This document shows positions 30,833-40,164 of a stretch of DNA of 64,000 nucleotides, in pieces. The stretch spans positions 416,001-480,000 of the forward strand of contig CBDCYI010000011.1 in the NCBI GenBank assembly GCA_965224085.1, in the 5' to 3' direction. The position numbers were made by a program, and so were the translations under genes. Position 1 is the first letter of the stretch; each line of letters opens with the position of its first letter. The notes under the pieces were generated by a model. The model saw only the letters and a program-made list of their open reading frames with translations. It was not told where the DNA came from and ran no database searches. Source of the DNA: Candidatus Marinacidobacterales bacterium. GTDB lineage: Bacteria; Acidobacteriota; Vicinamibacteria; Marinacidobacterales; SMYC01.

Positions 30833-31824
30833 GAGCGCTTGCGCCGCTCTCATGGATTTACGGCGCGGCTGTCTCTCTCCGTAACCGTTATTACGATCGC
30901 GTCGAGCCCAAAAAGCTCGGCGTTCCTGTCGTGAGTGTTGGCAACCTCACGGTGGGTGGGAGCGGCAAAACTCCGTTCGTGGAACTTGTCTCGCGGCACT
31001 TCTTGTCGCGAAAGATTCCCGTCGCCGTGCTCTCTCGAGGTTATGGACGGGAGGGAAGTGCGCCGTTCGTTCTCGTCTCGGATGGACAAAGGGTGCTCGC
31101 GAGCGCTCGGGATGGCGGTGACGAGCCGGTCGAGCTCGCGGGCAAGGTCGATGGTCTCGTGGTAGCGGTGGGCGCCGACCGCTACGAAGCGGGCTGTATT
31201 TTGATCGAAAGGCTTGGTCCTCATGTTCTCGTGCTCGACGACGGGTTCCAACATCGGCGGCTATACCGCGATCTGGATATCGTGTGTTTCGATTGTGGTG
31301 ACCCGGACTTGCGTCTTTTACCCGCGGGTCGTTTGCGTGAGCCTGTCGCAAGCCTGTCGCGCGCGCATGCGATCGTGCTCACTGGCTATCGTGACGGCTG
31401 TCGCCCTCCCCCGCGCTTCGACAAGCTGGTGCTGCGCTCGATCACTCGCGTGGTCGGGTTTTCCCGGCTCGACGGGGCGGAGCAGCTCGGGGCCGGTGCT
31501 TTTCGCGGCAAGCCAGTGGCGCTGGCTGTCGGCATCGCGCGGCCGGAGAGAGTTCGAGAGTGTCTCGACGCGAACGTTGTGTTGTTCGAGACGCGTCGAG
31601 ACCATCATCCGTGGAACGCGTCGGAGCTCGACGCGATCGCGGCTGGTGCGAGCGGCAAGGGTGCCCGGGCGCTTCTCCTGACGGGAAAAGACGCCGCGAA
31701 GCTGGAAGAAGGCGCGGCCGCAGCACTCCCGATCTATCGCATCGACATCGAGAGCGAAGTCTTGGACGCCGCCGCACTCGGTGCGCTCTTGGACGGCGTG
31801 CCCTCGTTGGCTCCGCTGGGTTGA
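30829..31824 (+). CDS. lpxK: Tetraacyldisaccharide 4'-kinase
   Basis: SVGNLTVGGSGKTP, LSRGYG, GDEP, LDDGFQH, LLPAGRLRE. Confidence 0.95.
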   Translation: MRALAPLSWIYGAAVSLRNRYYDRVEPKKLGVPVVSVGNLTVGGSGKTPFVELVSRHFLSRKIPVAVLSRGYGREGSAPFVLVSDGQRVLASARDGGDEPVELAGKVDGLVVAVGADRYEAGCILIERLGPHVLVLDDGFQHRRLYRDLDIVCFDCGDPDLRLLPAGRLREPVASLSRAHAIVLTGYRDGCRPPPRFDKLVLRSITRVVGFSRLDGAEQLGAGAFRGKPVALAVGIARPERVRECLDANVVLFETRRDHHPWNASELDAIAAGASGKGARALLLTGKDAAKLEEGAAAALPIYRIDIESEVLDAAALGALLDGVPSLAPLG

Positions 31825-31874
31825 GAGTGGCGTTTCGGTGTATCATACGTGGTTTGGTCCGGTTTGGTTTTCGT

Positions 31875-32843
31875 ATGAAGCACCATCTCGAGTACTTGCT
31901 GGCGCGCGCGCTTTCTGTGGTGATGCGTTTTTTGCCGCGCCGGGCGCAGCTTGCGTGGGGACGCGCGGCGGGGAGCCTCGTCTTCACGCTCGATGCGAGG
32001 CACCGAAAATCGACCATCGGCCATGTCGATTTAGCCTTCGGAAGTGAGAAGAGCGACCGCGAGAAGCGTGCGATCGCGCGCGGCGCCTACCGTCATTTCG
32101 GCTCGATGCTCTTCGAGCTCATCTCGCTTGGGCAACCTTCTCGGGAGCAAATGGAGCGGCTCGTCGAGCTCGAAGGCGTCGAGAGGTTCGAGCGCGCCCA
32201 GGCGTCGGGCAAAGGTGTCATCCTCACGACGGGCCACTTCGGTAATTGGGAGATGCATGGCATCGCGCATGGTTTCAAGCTCGGCCGGATTAACGTTTTG
32301 GCGCGTGTCCAGAGCAATCGCTTTCTCAACCAATGGCTCGAGAACGTGCGCGGGATATCGGGGAACACGGTCGTCTACAAAGAGGGAGCGCTCAGCGAAT
32401 TGCGGCGGCTTCTGAGAGAAGGTGAGACGATAGCGCTCGTCATCGATCAAAACGTGCGTTCCGAAGATGCGGTATTCATCGATTTTTTCGGTCGCCAAGC
32501 AGCCACTACTCCGGTGCCGGCATGGTTCGCTTTGAAGACAGGGGCCGCGCTCGTGCCGGCGTTTTGCTACCCGCTTCCCGATGGCCGCTACCGCGCGGTG
32601 TATGAGGAGCCGATCGACTGCGAGCCTTATCGGAAAACGGATCGCGATATGGCGATTCTGAAGATCACGCAAGAGCTGGCGAACGTGCAGGAGACTTACA
32701 TCCGCGCGCACCCCGAATGTTGGATGTGGATGCACCACCGCTTTAGAACTCGCCCTCCCCAGGAAGCGAGACTTCTAGATGCGCCTGATGCGACCGCCTC
32801 GCCTGACGCGATGGACGAGACGGTGGCGGCCGAGCCCCGATGA
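31875..32843 (+). CDS. lpxL: Lipid A late acyltransferase (LpxL/HtrB family)
   Basis: GHFGNWE, IDQN, FFG, PECWMWMHHRFRTRP. Confidence 0.85.
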   Translation: MKHHLEYLLARALSVVMRFLPRRAQLAWGRAAGSLVFTLDARHRKSTIGHVDLAFGSEKSDREKRAIARGAYRHFGSMLFELISLGQPSREQMERLVELEGVERFERAQASGKGVILTTGHFGNWEMHGIAHGFKLGRINVLARVQSNRFLNQWLENVRGISGNTVVYKEGALSELRRLLREGETIALVIDQNVRSEDAVFIDFFGRQAATTPVPAWFALKTGAALVPAFCYPLPDGRYRAVYEEPIDCEPYRKTDRDMAILKITQELANVQETYIRAHPECWMWMHHRFRTRPPQEARLLDAPDATASPDAMDETVAAEPR

Positions 32844-33865
32844 AAGTCGATTCGATACTCATCTTTGCGCCGAGCTGGATTGGCGATTCCGTCATGTCTC
32901 TCGGCGCGATGCGCGCCGTGCGCAAAGCCCATCCGAATGCACGGCTCGTGGTGCTCACCCGTCCTTGGGTGCAAGAGCTCTACGCGGGCTGCGCCGTCGT
33001 CGATGAGACCATCCTCTATGATCCGCGCGGAGCCGATCGCGGCGTTTCCGGCTTTTTCCGTGCCGCGCGCCGCGTGCGTCTCGAGGGTTTCGACGTCTCG
33101 ATCTTGTTCCCGAACGCGTTCCGCGCGGCGTTTCTGATGTATGCAGCCGGTGTTCCAGAGCGCTGGGGCTACGCGACCGAGAGCCGAGCTGTGTTTCTGA
33201 CGAAACGCGTGCCGCCCGCGCCCCGACCGTTCGGACGCCATCAGGCTCATTTTTATCTCGACTTGCTCGGCGGTCTCGGGCTCCATCTTGCCGAGCCCGA
33301 CTTGAGCCTCCAAGCTACTGAGCCGATGCGTCGCGCGGGCAGAGCGCTTCTCGAACGAGAAGGGTTCAAAGGCGGGCCGCTCGTCGGCGTGCATCCCGGA
33401 GCCACGAATGGCCGGGCGAAGGTGTGGCACGCTTCGCGTTACGCGGAAGTGGCGTCGAAGCTCGCCGAGACGCGGGACGGCCAAGTCGCCGTTCTCGGCG
33501 GTGCCACGGAGGGCATTTTGGCGGAAGAAGTTCAAGCCGGGATTCCCAAGGAACGGGTTCTGATGCTGCAAGGAAAGACGTCGCTCGGCGAGCTCATGGG
33601 TGTTCTTTCGGAGTTCTCCGTCTTTCTCACGAATGATTCCGGTCCGATGCACTTGGCGGCGGCCCTCGGTGTTCCTACCGTTGCCGTCTTCGGCCCGACC
33701 GATGTCCGCGAGACGGGACCGTACAGCTCCGTCGCGCGCGTCGTGCGTGAGCCGGTCGATTGCAGCCCGTGCTTCTACCGCGACTGCCCGATAGACCATC
33801 GCTGCATGGAGCGGGTGACGCCCGAGCGCGTCTTTGATGAAGCGCTCGCGCTGGTGTCGTCATGA
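32840..33865 (+). CDS. waaF: LPS heptosyltransferase II (GT9)
   Basis: PSWIGDSVM, HPGA...AKVW, NDSGPMHLAAALGVP, FGPT. Confidence 0.9.
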   Translation: MKVDSILIFAPSWIGDSVMSLGAMRAVRKAHPNARLVVLTRPWVQELYAGCAVVDETILYDPRGADRGVSGFFRAARRVRLEGFDVSILFPNAFRAAFLMYAAGVPERWGYATESRAVFLTKRVPPAPRPFGRHQAHFYLDLLGGLGLHLAEPDLSLQATEPMRRAGRALLEREGFKGGPLVGVHPGATNGRAKVWHASRYAEVASKLAETRDGQVAVLGGATEGILAEEVQAGIPKERVLMLQGKTSLGELMGVLSEFSVFLTNDSGPMHLAAALGVPTVAVFGPTDVRETGPYSSVARVVREPVDCSPCFYRDCPIDHRCMERVTPERVFDEALALVSS

Positions 33866-34422
33866 GCGGGAAGCCGGCCATCTTTCTCGATCGCGATGGA
33901 ACACTCAACGAGTCGCGGGGCCACGTCAATCATCGCGACCGTTTCCGCCCTTACTCCTTTGCTGTGGACACGGTTCGGCTTATCCGGGACGAGGGTTACC
34001 TCGCCGTGCTCGTGACCAACCAGTCGGGCGTCGGGCGCGGGTTCTACCCAGCAGAACTCGTCGAAGAGATCCATGGCCGGTTTCAAGCGACCTTGAGGGA
34101 GGCGGGTACGGGGTTCGATCGGATTTATTACTGTCCGCACAAACCGGGTGATGGCTGCGCCTGCCGCAAACCCGAACCCGGAATGTTGCTTCAGGCACAG
34201 GACGAGCTCGATATCGACTTGTCGCAATCATGGATGGTTGGGGACACGATCACCGATATGCAGGCGGGATGGACCGCCGGCACCCGTAGCGCGTTAGTCA
34301 AGACCGGTTTCGGCAAAGGAAGTCTCGAATATGAAGGCGCTGGTTGGGAGCGCCAGCCGGACCTCGTCGGTGAGGACGTCTATCGCGCGGTCTGTCACAT
34401 TTTCTGGGGGAGCGTCGAGTGA
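33862..34422 (+). CDS. gmhB: D-glycero-D-manno-heptose-1,7-bisphosphate phosphatase
   Basis: FLDRDGTLN, VTNQSG, YCPH...CACRKP, MVGD. Confidence 0.93.
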   Translation: MSGKPAIFLDRDGTLNESRGHVNHRDRFRPYSFAVDTVRLIRDEGYLAVLVTNQSGVGRGFYPAELVEEIHGRFQATLREAGTGFDRIYYCPHKPGDGCACRKPEPGMLLQAQDELDIDLSQSWMVGDTITDMQAGWTAGTRSALVKTGFGKGSLEYEGAGWERQPDLVGEDVYRAVCHIFWGSVE

Positions 34423-34473
34423 GAGACGTCCCGCCAAGAGCTCGCCGACGCCGTGCGTGCGGGTGAGAGCTGA
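34419..34473 (+). pseudogene. Possible collapsed remnant of heptose-7-phosphate kinase (HldE/RfaE domain I)
   Basis: GTG overlaps the gmhB stop; a shifted frame reads TSRQELADAVRAGES*, like the PfkB-type RfaE C-terminus (T-V-S/T-x-x-E-L); sits just before domain II. Confidence 0.5.
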
Positions 34474-34484
34474 GACGCGTCGAG

Positions 34485-34964
34485 ATGGGTCGCGTCGTGA
34501 ATTTGGACGAGGCCACGGCGGCCACCGCCGCGGCGAAAGACGCGAAAAAGCGTGTCGTGCTCGCGAACGGCCACTTCGATTTGATACATGTCGGACATGT
34601 TCGCTACCTAGAGGGCGCGCACGCGGAGGGTGATTTTCTCGTCGTGGGTGTCAACGGAGATTCTGCGACGCGGCGTCTCAAAGGCGAGGGGCGTCCCATC
34701 CTACAGGCGTTCGAGCGCGCCGAGCTAGTGGCGGCACTCGAAGTTGTGGATTTGGTGGTCGTGTTCGACGAAGACAATGTGGCGACGCTTCTCGATCGGC
34801 TACGGCCGGAGGTGCACTGCATAGGCACGGACTACACACAAGACTCGGTGCCCGAGCGCGACATCATGATAGGGCTCGGAGGCGAGACCCGCATCGTGGG
34901 CGGCCCAAAAGACCACTCAACGCGAGATCTGATTGACGGGATTCTGGAGCGCTTCTCGGGGTGA
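34485..34964 (+). CDS. Heptose-1-phosphate adenylyltransferase (RfaE/HldE domain II, stand-alone)
   Basis: NGHFDLIHVGHVRYL, VGVNGD, LKGEGRP, KDHST. Confidence 0.9.
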   Translation: MGRVVNLDEATAATAAAKDAKKRVVLANGHFDLIHVGHVRYLEGAHAEGDFLVVGVNGDSATRRLKGEGRPILQAFERAELVAALEVVDLVVVFDEDNVATLLDRLRPEVHCIGTDYTQDSVPERDIMIGLGGETRIVGGPKDHSTRDLIDGILERFSG

Positions 34965-34980
34965 AAACGCGGGTAGTAGG

Positions 34981-36240
34981 TTAGACGCTTTCGTCGTGGC
35001 GTTGTAGGGCTAAGAGCATGAGTTGGGTGGTAGAGCGGTAGTCTTGTCCGTTGTAGCGCACGCCGGTTGAGACGAAGCGGAAGCGGCCCCACTTTACAGG
35101 TATGAGGTGGAGGGCGGCGGCTTCGTCGGTGAGGTTGCCGGCGAAGCTTCCGCAAATGCGGCCTTCGTGCATGTGGATCTCGCCGTGGCGGTCGCCGTCG
35201 ATGTGGAGAACTCCCGTTGCTTGGTTGGCCTCTAGCATTTGCAGGATGTCGGTATTCTTGAAGACGCCGAAGTTGCCGCCGAGCTCGCCGGGCTCGCCGG
35301 AAGGGTTTTGACCTTCCAGTAGCTGTTTGGCGCGGCGGACGAGCTCTTCCGGCTGGAAGGGGCGGCGCAGACAGACGTCGGCGATGCCGTCAGCCGGGTC
35401 TAGTTGCGGTTTGTCGGAAGCGTCGGCGAGAAGGACGATTGGGGTGGCGACGAGCGCGGGCGCGGCGCGGATTTTGCGCACGAGCTCCAAGCCGGAGAGG
35501 GCACCATCGAGCTTCATCTCGCAGATAATCAGTTGCGGCGGAACGAGGCGCGCGTAGGCGAGTGCCTCTTCCATGATCTTTGCGGCGACAACGTCGATTT
35601 CAGACTCTTCTAGACGGCGCCGCAGTGATTGGCGCGCGTCGTTGTTCGGTGCGACGAGGAGTACGCAGGGTTGGAGCTCGTGCTCGACCTCCACCTCGAC
35701 CTTGCCATTTACGTTACCATTTACCTTGCTACTTATTGTGCCATTTATCTTGCCATTGGGTTCGCCATTTATCTTGTTGCCCAGGAGAATGAACCCCAGA
35801 TCTGGATCGGGCTCCGTCGTCAACGCCGGGTGAACCGAGTCTGGCTGCGGCGCTTCCTCGAGCGCGGCCGCCTCGATGAGGCTATCTCCACTGAGCCGCC
35901 GCACTAATTTGCGCGCGAAAGCGGAGAGGTCGGTAAAGCAGATGCCTTGAGCGCTTCCGATGCTCGCGTCGGCAGGCTCGAGCACGTCGTCCCTTCGCCA
36001 TACGACGTGTCCCCGGGTCTTGAAGAGCCATAGGCCGCCACTTCTCAGGTCGACGGTAATGGTGTCGTCTTCCGTGAGGCCTTGCCGTGTGAAGACTCGA
36101 GCCCCCGTCTCTGACAAGTCGGTGATCATCCCGTCGATGGCGACCGCGTGGCCATCGAACATGCTAATCCGAACGGGGTCAGCCGGAGTGAAGCGAGGAA
36201 AGCGTCTCCACTCCTCATGTGTCGGGACGGTTATGGCCAC
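34981..36240 (-). CDS. PilZ-pseudo-receiver-DUF4388 signalling protein
   Basis: RRFPR and DLSETG (PilZ); degenerate REC; C-terminal GELGGN...DILQMLEANQATGVL...GRFRF. Confidence 0.75.
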   Translation of the reverse strand: MAITVPTHEEWRRFPRFTPADPVRISMFDGHAVAIDGMITDLSETGARVFTRQGLTEDDTITVDLRSGGLWLFKTRGHVVWRRDDVLEPADASIGSAQGICFTDLSAFARKLVRRLSGDSLIEAAALEEAPQPDSVHPALTTEPDPDLGFILLGNKINGEPNGKINGTISSKVNGNVNGKVEVEVEHELQPCVLLVAPNNDARQSLRRRLEESEIDVVAAKIMEEALAYARLVPPQLIICEMKLDGALSGLELVRKIRAAPALVATPIVLLADASDKPQLDPADGIADVCLRRPFQPEELVRRAKQLLEGQNPSGEPGELGGNFGVFKNTDILQMLEANQATGVLHIDGDRHGEIHMHEGRICGSFAGNLTDEAAALHLIPVKWGRFRFVSTGVRYNGQDYRSTTQLMLLALQRHDESV

Positions 36241-36409
36241 GGCGCTGTCTATTTCTCGCGAGTCAGATACAAGTGCTAATCGACGAGATCAAGCTCCACA
36301 TTTCCACGAGATCCACGCGGCCCTCGGACGAGGGTTGGGGGGCCTTTTTTAAAAGCCATTATTATGAAAATGTAAAACTATTCTTGCAAAAATCTAGGAT
36401 TGGGCGTGA

Positions 36410-36990
36410 TCAGATGTGATCTCGTGCTTCGGAGCTGGAAAGAAGCGAGGCGGCGCCTTTGTCGAAAGGTACGTCTTTCTCTAGAAGCAACGAGGCGGAG
36501 CGTACGCTGTACCGGGCGCCGTCCGGAGACGCCGCTGGCTCTTCGAAATCCGGCAGCTCGGGCTCGAGCTCGGGCGGCCCCATGTAGACCCAAACCACGC
36601 CTCCGGAGATGCGATTAGGGTAGGACCGTGTTTTGACTTTGCTTGAACGCGCTCTCCGTCGGCTGGGCTGGCATGTCGACGCACTGTCCGCTCGCATCGA
36701 ACTTCCAGCCGTGATAGACGCAGCGGAGGCCGTGCTCTTCGTTACGGCCGAAATAGAGGTGTGCGCGCCGGTGTGGGCAATGCGCGTCGAGGATCCAATG
36801 TCTCCGTTGGTGTCACGAAAGGCCACGAGGTCTTCGCCTAGAAGACGCAGCTTGACCGGATCGCCGTCCGTCCCGGCGATTTCTTTCTCGAGCAGCGCCG
36901 GAAGCCAGAAGCGGCGTAGCAAACAGCCCATCGGCGTCTCCGGGCCGATCCGGGTGAGCAGCTCGTTCTCTTCGGGTTTCAGCAAAGTCC
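36410..36990 (-). pseudogene. Rieske oxygenase (phthalate 4,5-dioxygenase/LigX-like) remnant; catalytic domain deleted, frameshifted
   Basis: ENELLTRIGPETPMG, LLGEDLVAFRD, CPHR...CVYHGWKFD in a shifted frame, then ELPDFE joined to a C-terminal VRSAS segment. Confidence 0.8.
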
Positions 36991-36992
36991 AC

Positions 36993-37549
36993 GCTACCCA
37001 TCGATCTTGAGGTCGAGAAACTTCCGATACGAGGTCGACGCCGTCCGAGAGGTCGAATTGTTTGTAAGCATTCGCGACCATCATGTTCGGGTCGCCCGAG
37101 TGCAGCCGCTCATAGAGCTGCTGGCGGCTTCCATAGGCATCTCCGGTGAGCTCCCAGGCAAGCTTGCACAGCTTGTAGCGGTCCTTGGGCGACGCCTTCT
37201 TACCCCGGAGGTAGACATCGAGATGCTTCCGGATCTCGGGCGCGTCCCAGTTCTTCTGCGTTCGGGAGGAAAATGAGCGAGCTCGTGCCGATGTGCTCGA
37301 CGAGCTCCCGTTCTCCTGCTCGAAAGTCATCACGTCGCGGGTCTCCGGCGCGTGCTGCATGTCGTAGATGCGCGCGAGGCTCTGAGCCATTTCGCGGAAC
37401 TCGGGATGCGTCGTCACGTCCGCGATGCGCTCGCCCCGGTACCAGATTTCGCGGTGGTCTCGGAGGCTTTCGAGATAGCGGGCCCCTATGAGCGCTCCTT
37501 CGGCTCGTGTGCGGTCGATGCGGGGGATAGAAGTCGCGGTGTCTGTCAC
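36993..37549 (-). pseudogene. 4-hydroxyphenylacetate 3-hydroxylase (HpaB-family) remnant, middle deleted
   Basis: N-terminal YLESLRDHREIWYRGERIADVTTHP joined to C-terminal LAWELTGDAYGSRQQLYE. Confidence 0.8.
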
Positions 37550-37649
37550 TGAATGCTCGGACTAAAGAAAGTTTGTCGGCCAGATGATGGTGCGCCACAT
37601 GTGGGCGACGGGGCTCCCCTCGAAACCGAGGCCTTCTCTCGGCTGCTTG

Positions 37650-38304
37650 AAGTGTCGGCCGACCAGGTTGCGAAAGCCATGGCGTTGCCCGTACCTGCTT
37701 GTGAACGGTAGCACGGCACGTAGTCGACCAAGTTCATCTGAAGGTTCGTTTCCGCGAGCGCGCCGATTCCAGCGATCCAGTTTTTCGTTTCCGAAGTCCC
37801 CGAGCGGAAAAAGTGCGCCGGGATTCTGTCGAGGCGCGCCGAATCCTTGGACTTCATCGCAGAAAGCACATTGTCGTCGAAAGTTTCGTCGATAACAAAG
37901 TGGCTTAGACCGCCAGACATGATGACGCCGACGCGGAGGTCTTTCTTCCACGCGTCGATAGCACGCGCGATCGATTGGCCGATCGCGAAACAGCGCGACA
38001 CCGAGGGCTGATTGGGTGGAAAAAAAGTGTTCAGAACCACCGGAACCGCGGGAATGGGCACGTCGTTCATGATGCGCCGGTAGAGAAATCCGTAGGCGTG
38101 GGGCAGGCCGCGACGGCCTTTGGGGCCTTCGGGAAGCGTCTTCATGGCCGCGATGTCGAACCCGTCAGCCACGAGAGACGCGATGAGATGTTCCCCGAGC
38201 TCGGGAACGCAGGGATAGCTCACCGTCTCCTCCGGTACGTTGGCCCAATAGGCGAGTGCTAATCCCGGCTTGAGCCCGGCGAGACCGGCTTCGTCAAGTG
38301 CCAC
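37650..38304 (-). pseudogene. LigB-like extradiol dioxygenase, 5' part missing
   Basis: LPHAYGF, NTFFPPNQPS, SGGLSHFVIDE, SGTSETKNWI, DYVPCYRSQAGTG. Confidence 0.8.
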
Positions 38305-38525
38305 TGGCAGGCGGAGCTCACATCGCAGGCGCGTCCTTGGCCCTCGAAAGTTTGATAGGCGCCGCTTCGCTGCTCGGGCGGAAGCTCTTCCGCTGTCTTG
38401 ATCGCGGCAACGCCTTTTTTGACGTCGTGGAACTCGTAGTCGAGCCCTTCATCTTTGAAGTAGCCCTTTTCTTCGGCGACCCATTCTTGCAGCCTCATGT
38501 GCGGTGCGATGACGAACTTCCCCAT
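38305..38525 (-). pseudogene. ABC substrate-binding protein (SsuA/THI5-like), N-terminal fragment
   Basis: MGKFVIAPHMRLQEWVAEEKGYFKDEGLDYE, breaks off after ACQW. Confidence 0.65.
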
Positions 38526-38555
38526 TTTGCCCTTCGTAATTTTGCACGTTTCGGC

Positions 38556-39218
38556 TCAACAAAACGCCTTCGCGTGCTGTTTCTGTTTCCTGACTCGGAT
38601 ACCACCGAGATGCTTGGTCATTGCGTCTCGGGCGCCGGCGCCGTCGCGCGCTTCGATGCGCGCGAAGATCTCGCGATGCGTCTTGTCCACGCGCGCAGCG
38701 ACTTCCGGTGTGGCGCGTTTGTTCTCGCTGGGCCACACGACGTAGCGCATCGCGCGGAGAAGTGCGTTGAGCGCGCGGTTGTGTGACGCATCGGCGACGG
38801 CGAGGTGGAAACCGAGGCTCGCCTCGGTGAAGGCAGCAGGATCGTGCGCGACGTTTCTCGCGTTTTCGAGAGCGCCCGCTAGCCGCTCGAGATCCTCCTA
38901 GGTCCGGTGCACTGCGGCGAGCTGAAATTGCACCGCAAGGGCATCGGCGAAGTAGTCGAGATTGCTTTTTGCGATGCGGGCGCCACCGCCAGCTCCTTGC
39001 CGGATCTCGACGAGGCCCATGGCGGACAAGCTTCTAAGGGCGTCGCGCACCGTGATGCGGCTGACGCCGAACCTTTTCGCGAGCTCGTTCTCCGAGCCGA
39101 GAAAGCTTCCTGGCGCGAGGCGGCCGTCAAAGACCGCGTTCCGAATCTCGGTGACGATCTGACTCGAGAGCGTTGCTCCCCGCGTCAATGGCAACTTGGT
39201 GATAAAGGTAGCGGCCAA
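38556..39218 (-). pseudogene. FadR/GntR-family regulator with in-frame TAG and an internal deletion
   Basis: HTH SENELAKRFGVSRITVRDAL; FCD part FHLAVADASHNRAL...H...AMTKHL continues in frame after TAG at 38898-38900. Confidence 0.85.
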
Positions 39219-39234
39219 AGGGACCCTCCACTCA

Positions 39235-39248
39235 ATCGTATTAACGAT
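39235..39248. promoter_or_regulatory. Near-palindrome, candidate GntR operator
   Basis: ATCGTATTAACGAT between TTGACA (minus strand, 39268-39273) and the regulator start. Confidence 0.4.
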
Positions 39249-39295
39249 ATGACATTTAAGAAAAGGATGTCAAATGCTGTGCTCGACTTTGGGTG

Positions 39296-39307
39296 TGAAT
39301 ATATTCA
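39296..39307. promoter_or_regulatory. Palindrome, candidate VapB operator
   Basis: Perfect TGAATATATTCA just upstream of the antitoxin ATG. Confidence 0.5.
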
Positions 39308-39319
39308 TAATATAGTCGT

Positions 39320-39574
39320 ATGCCGACAACGGTGCACCTCCCGGGAGACCTGCTCGAGTCGGTCGACCGGCGTGCAAAGGAGTTGAGGATGAGTCGCAAC
39401 CGTTTCATCGTTCGCGCTCTGGAAAGGGCGATCTACGAAGAAACAGAATGGTCTGAGCCATTCATGAACGAGCTCACCGCCGCGGCACGTGACATCGAAG
39501 GCCACCGTGATGTGGATGAGATGCGAGTAGCTATTTCATCGGCTAGGCGCTCCAAGGCCCCGCCCAAGCTGTGA
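39320..39574 (+). CDS. vapB: Ribbon-helix-helix antitoxin
   Basis: TTVHLPGDLLESVDRRAKELRMSRNRFI; GTGA overlap with the PIN gene. Confidence 0.8.
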   Translation: MPTTVHLPGDLLESVDRRAKELRMSRNRFIVRALERAIYEETEWSEPFMNELTAAARDIEGHRDVDEMRVAISSARRSKAPPKL

Positions 39575-39987
39575 AATACATACTCGATACGAACACAGTG
39601 TCCTTTGTAATGAAGGGAGATGCGGATGTGGCGCGCACGCTGCTTTCGCACAAAAGAACAGATGTGTATCTGCCGCAGCCTGTTTTAGCCGAGATCGAGT
39701 ACGGTCTCTCGCGTCTGCCGCGTTCTGCCCGCAAGCGCCGGTTGCGTGAGCGCTTCGACAGCATCTGTCGGGAGTTCCAGCGGCTGGGGTGGACGGACGA
39801 GGTCAGCCGCTCGTTCGGCGCGGCGAAAGCAGACCTCGAAAAACGCGGTGTCCAGATCGAGGATTTTGATGTCGCGGTCGCCGCGCATGCTCTTGCAGTC
39901 GATGCGACGCTCGTAACCGATAATGTGGCCCACCTGCGACGCGTCAGGAATCTCAGGCTCGAAAACTGGCGGCCCGAATCGTCTTAG
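39571..39987 (+). CDS. vapC: PIN-domain toxin
   Basis: YILDTNTVS, AEIEYG, FDVAVAAHAL, LVTDN, ENW. Confidence 0.93.
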   Translation: MKYILDTNTVSFVMKGDADVARTLLSHKRTDVYLPQPVLAEIEYGLSRLPRSARKRRLRERFDSICREFQRLGWTDEVSRSFGAAKADLEKRGVQIEDFDVAVAAHALAVDATLVTDNVAHLRRVRNLRLENWRPESS

Positions 39988-40164
39988 GTTGTTGCGCCGA
40001 CGCGGCATTCCCGTTGGGGCGATGCGTCGGGTATTCGAGACCGAGCTGCTGCACATAGCTGTGGAATCGGCTGGCGTCGGAGTAGAACGGCTTCATTGTC
40101 ACGACACCCGCGGCAACCCGTCTGAGCGCGACGACGTGGGGCGGTGGGTTGAGGCTTTATCTGC

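Noticed and set aside
36262-36290. TTAGCACT on the minus strand as a CIRCE element
   Set aside because: The second half-site GAGTGCTAA is missing at 9-nt spacing
36410-37549. 379-aa ORF as a novel HpaB-Rieske fusion protein
   Set aside because: It is a chance in-frame path through deletion remnants; the Rieske ligands lie in another frame
38898-38900. In-frame TAG here and at about 62921 as stop-codon reassignment or pyrrolysine
   Set aside because: Both lie in genes with other lesions, and many intact genes end normally in TAG
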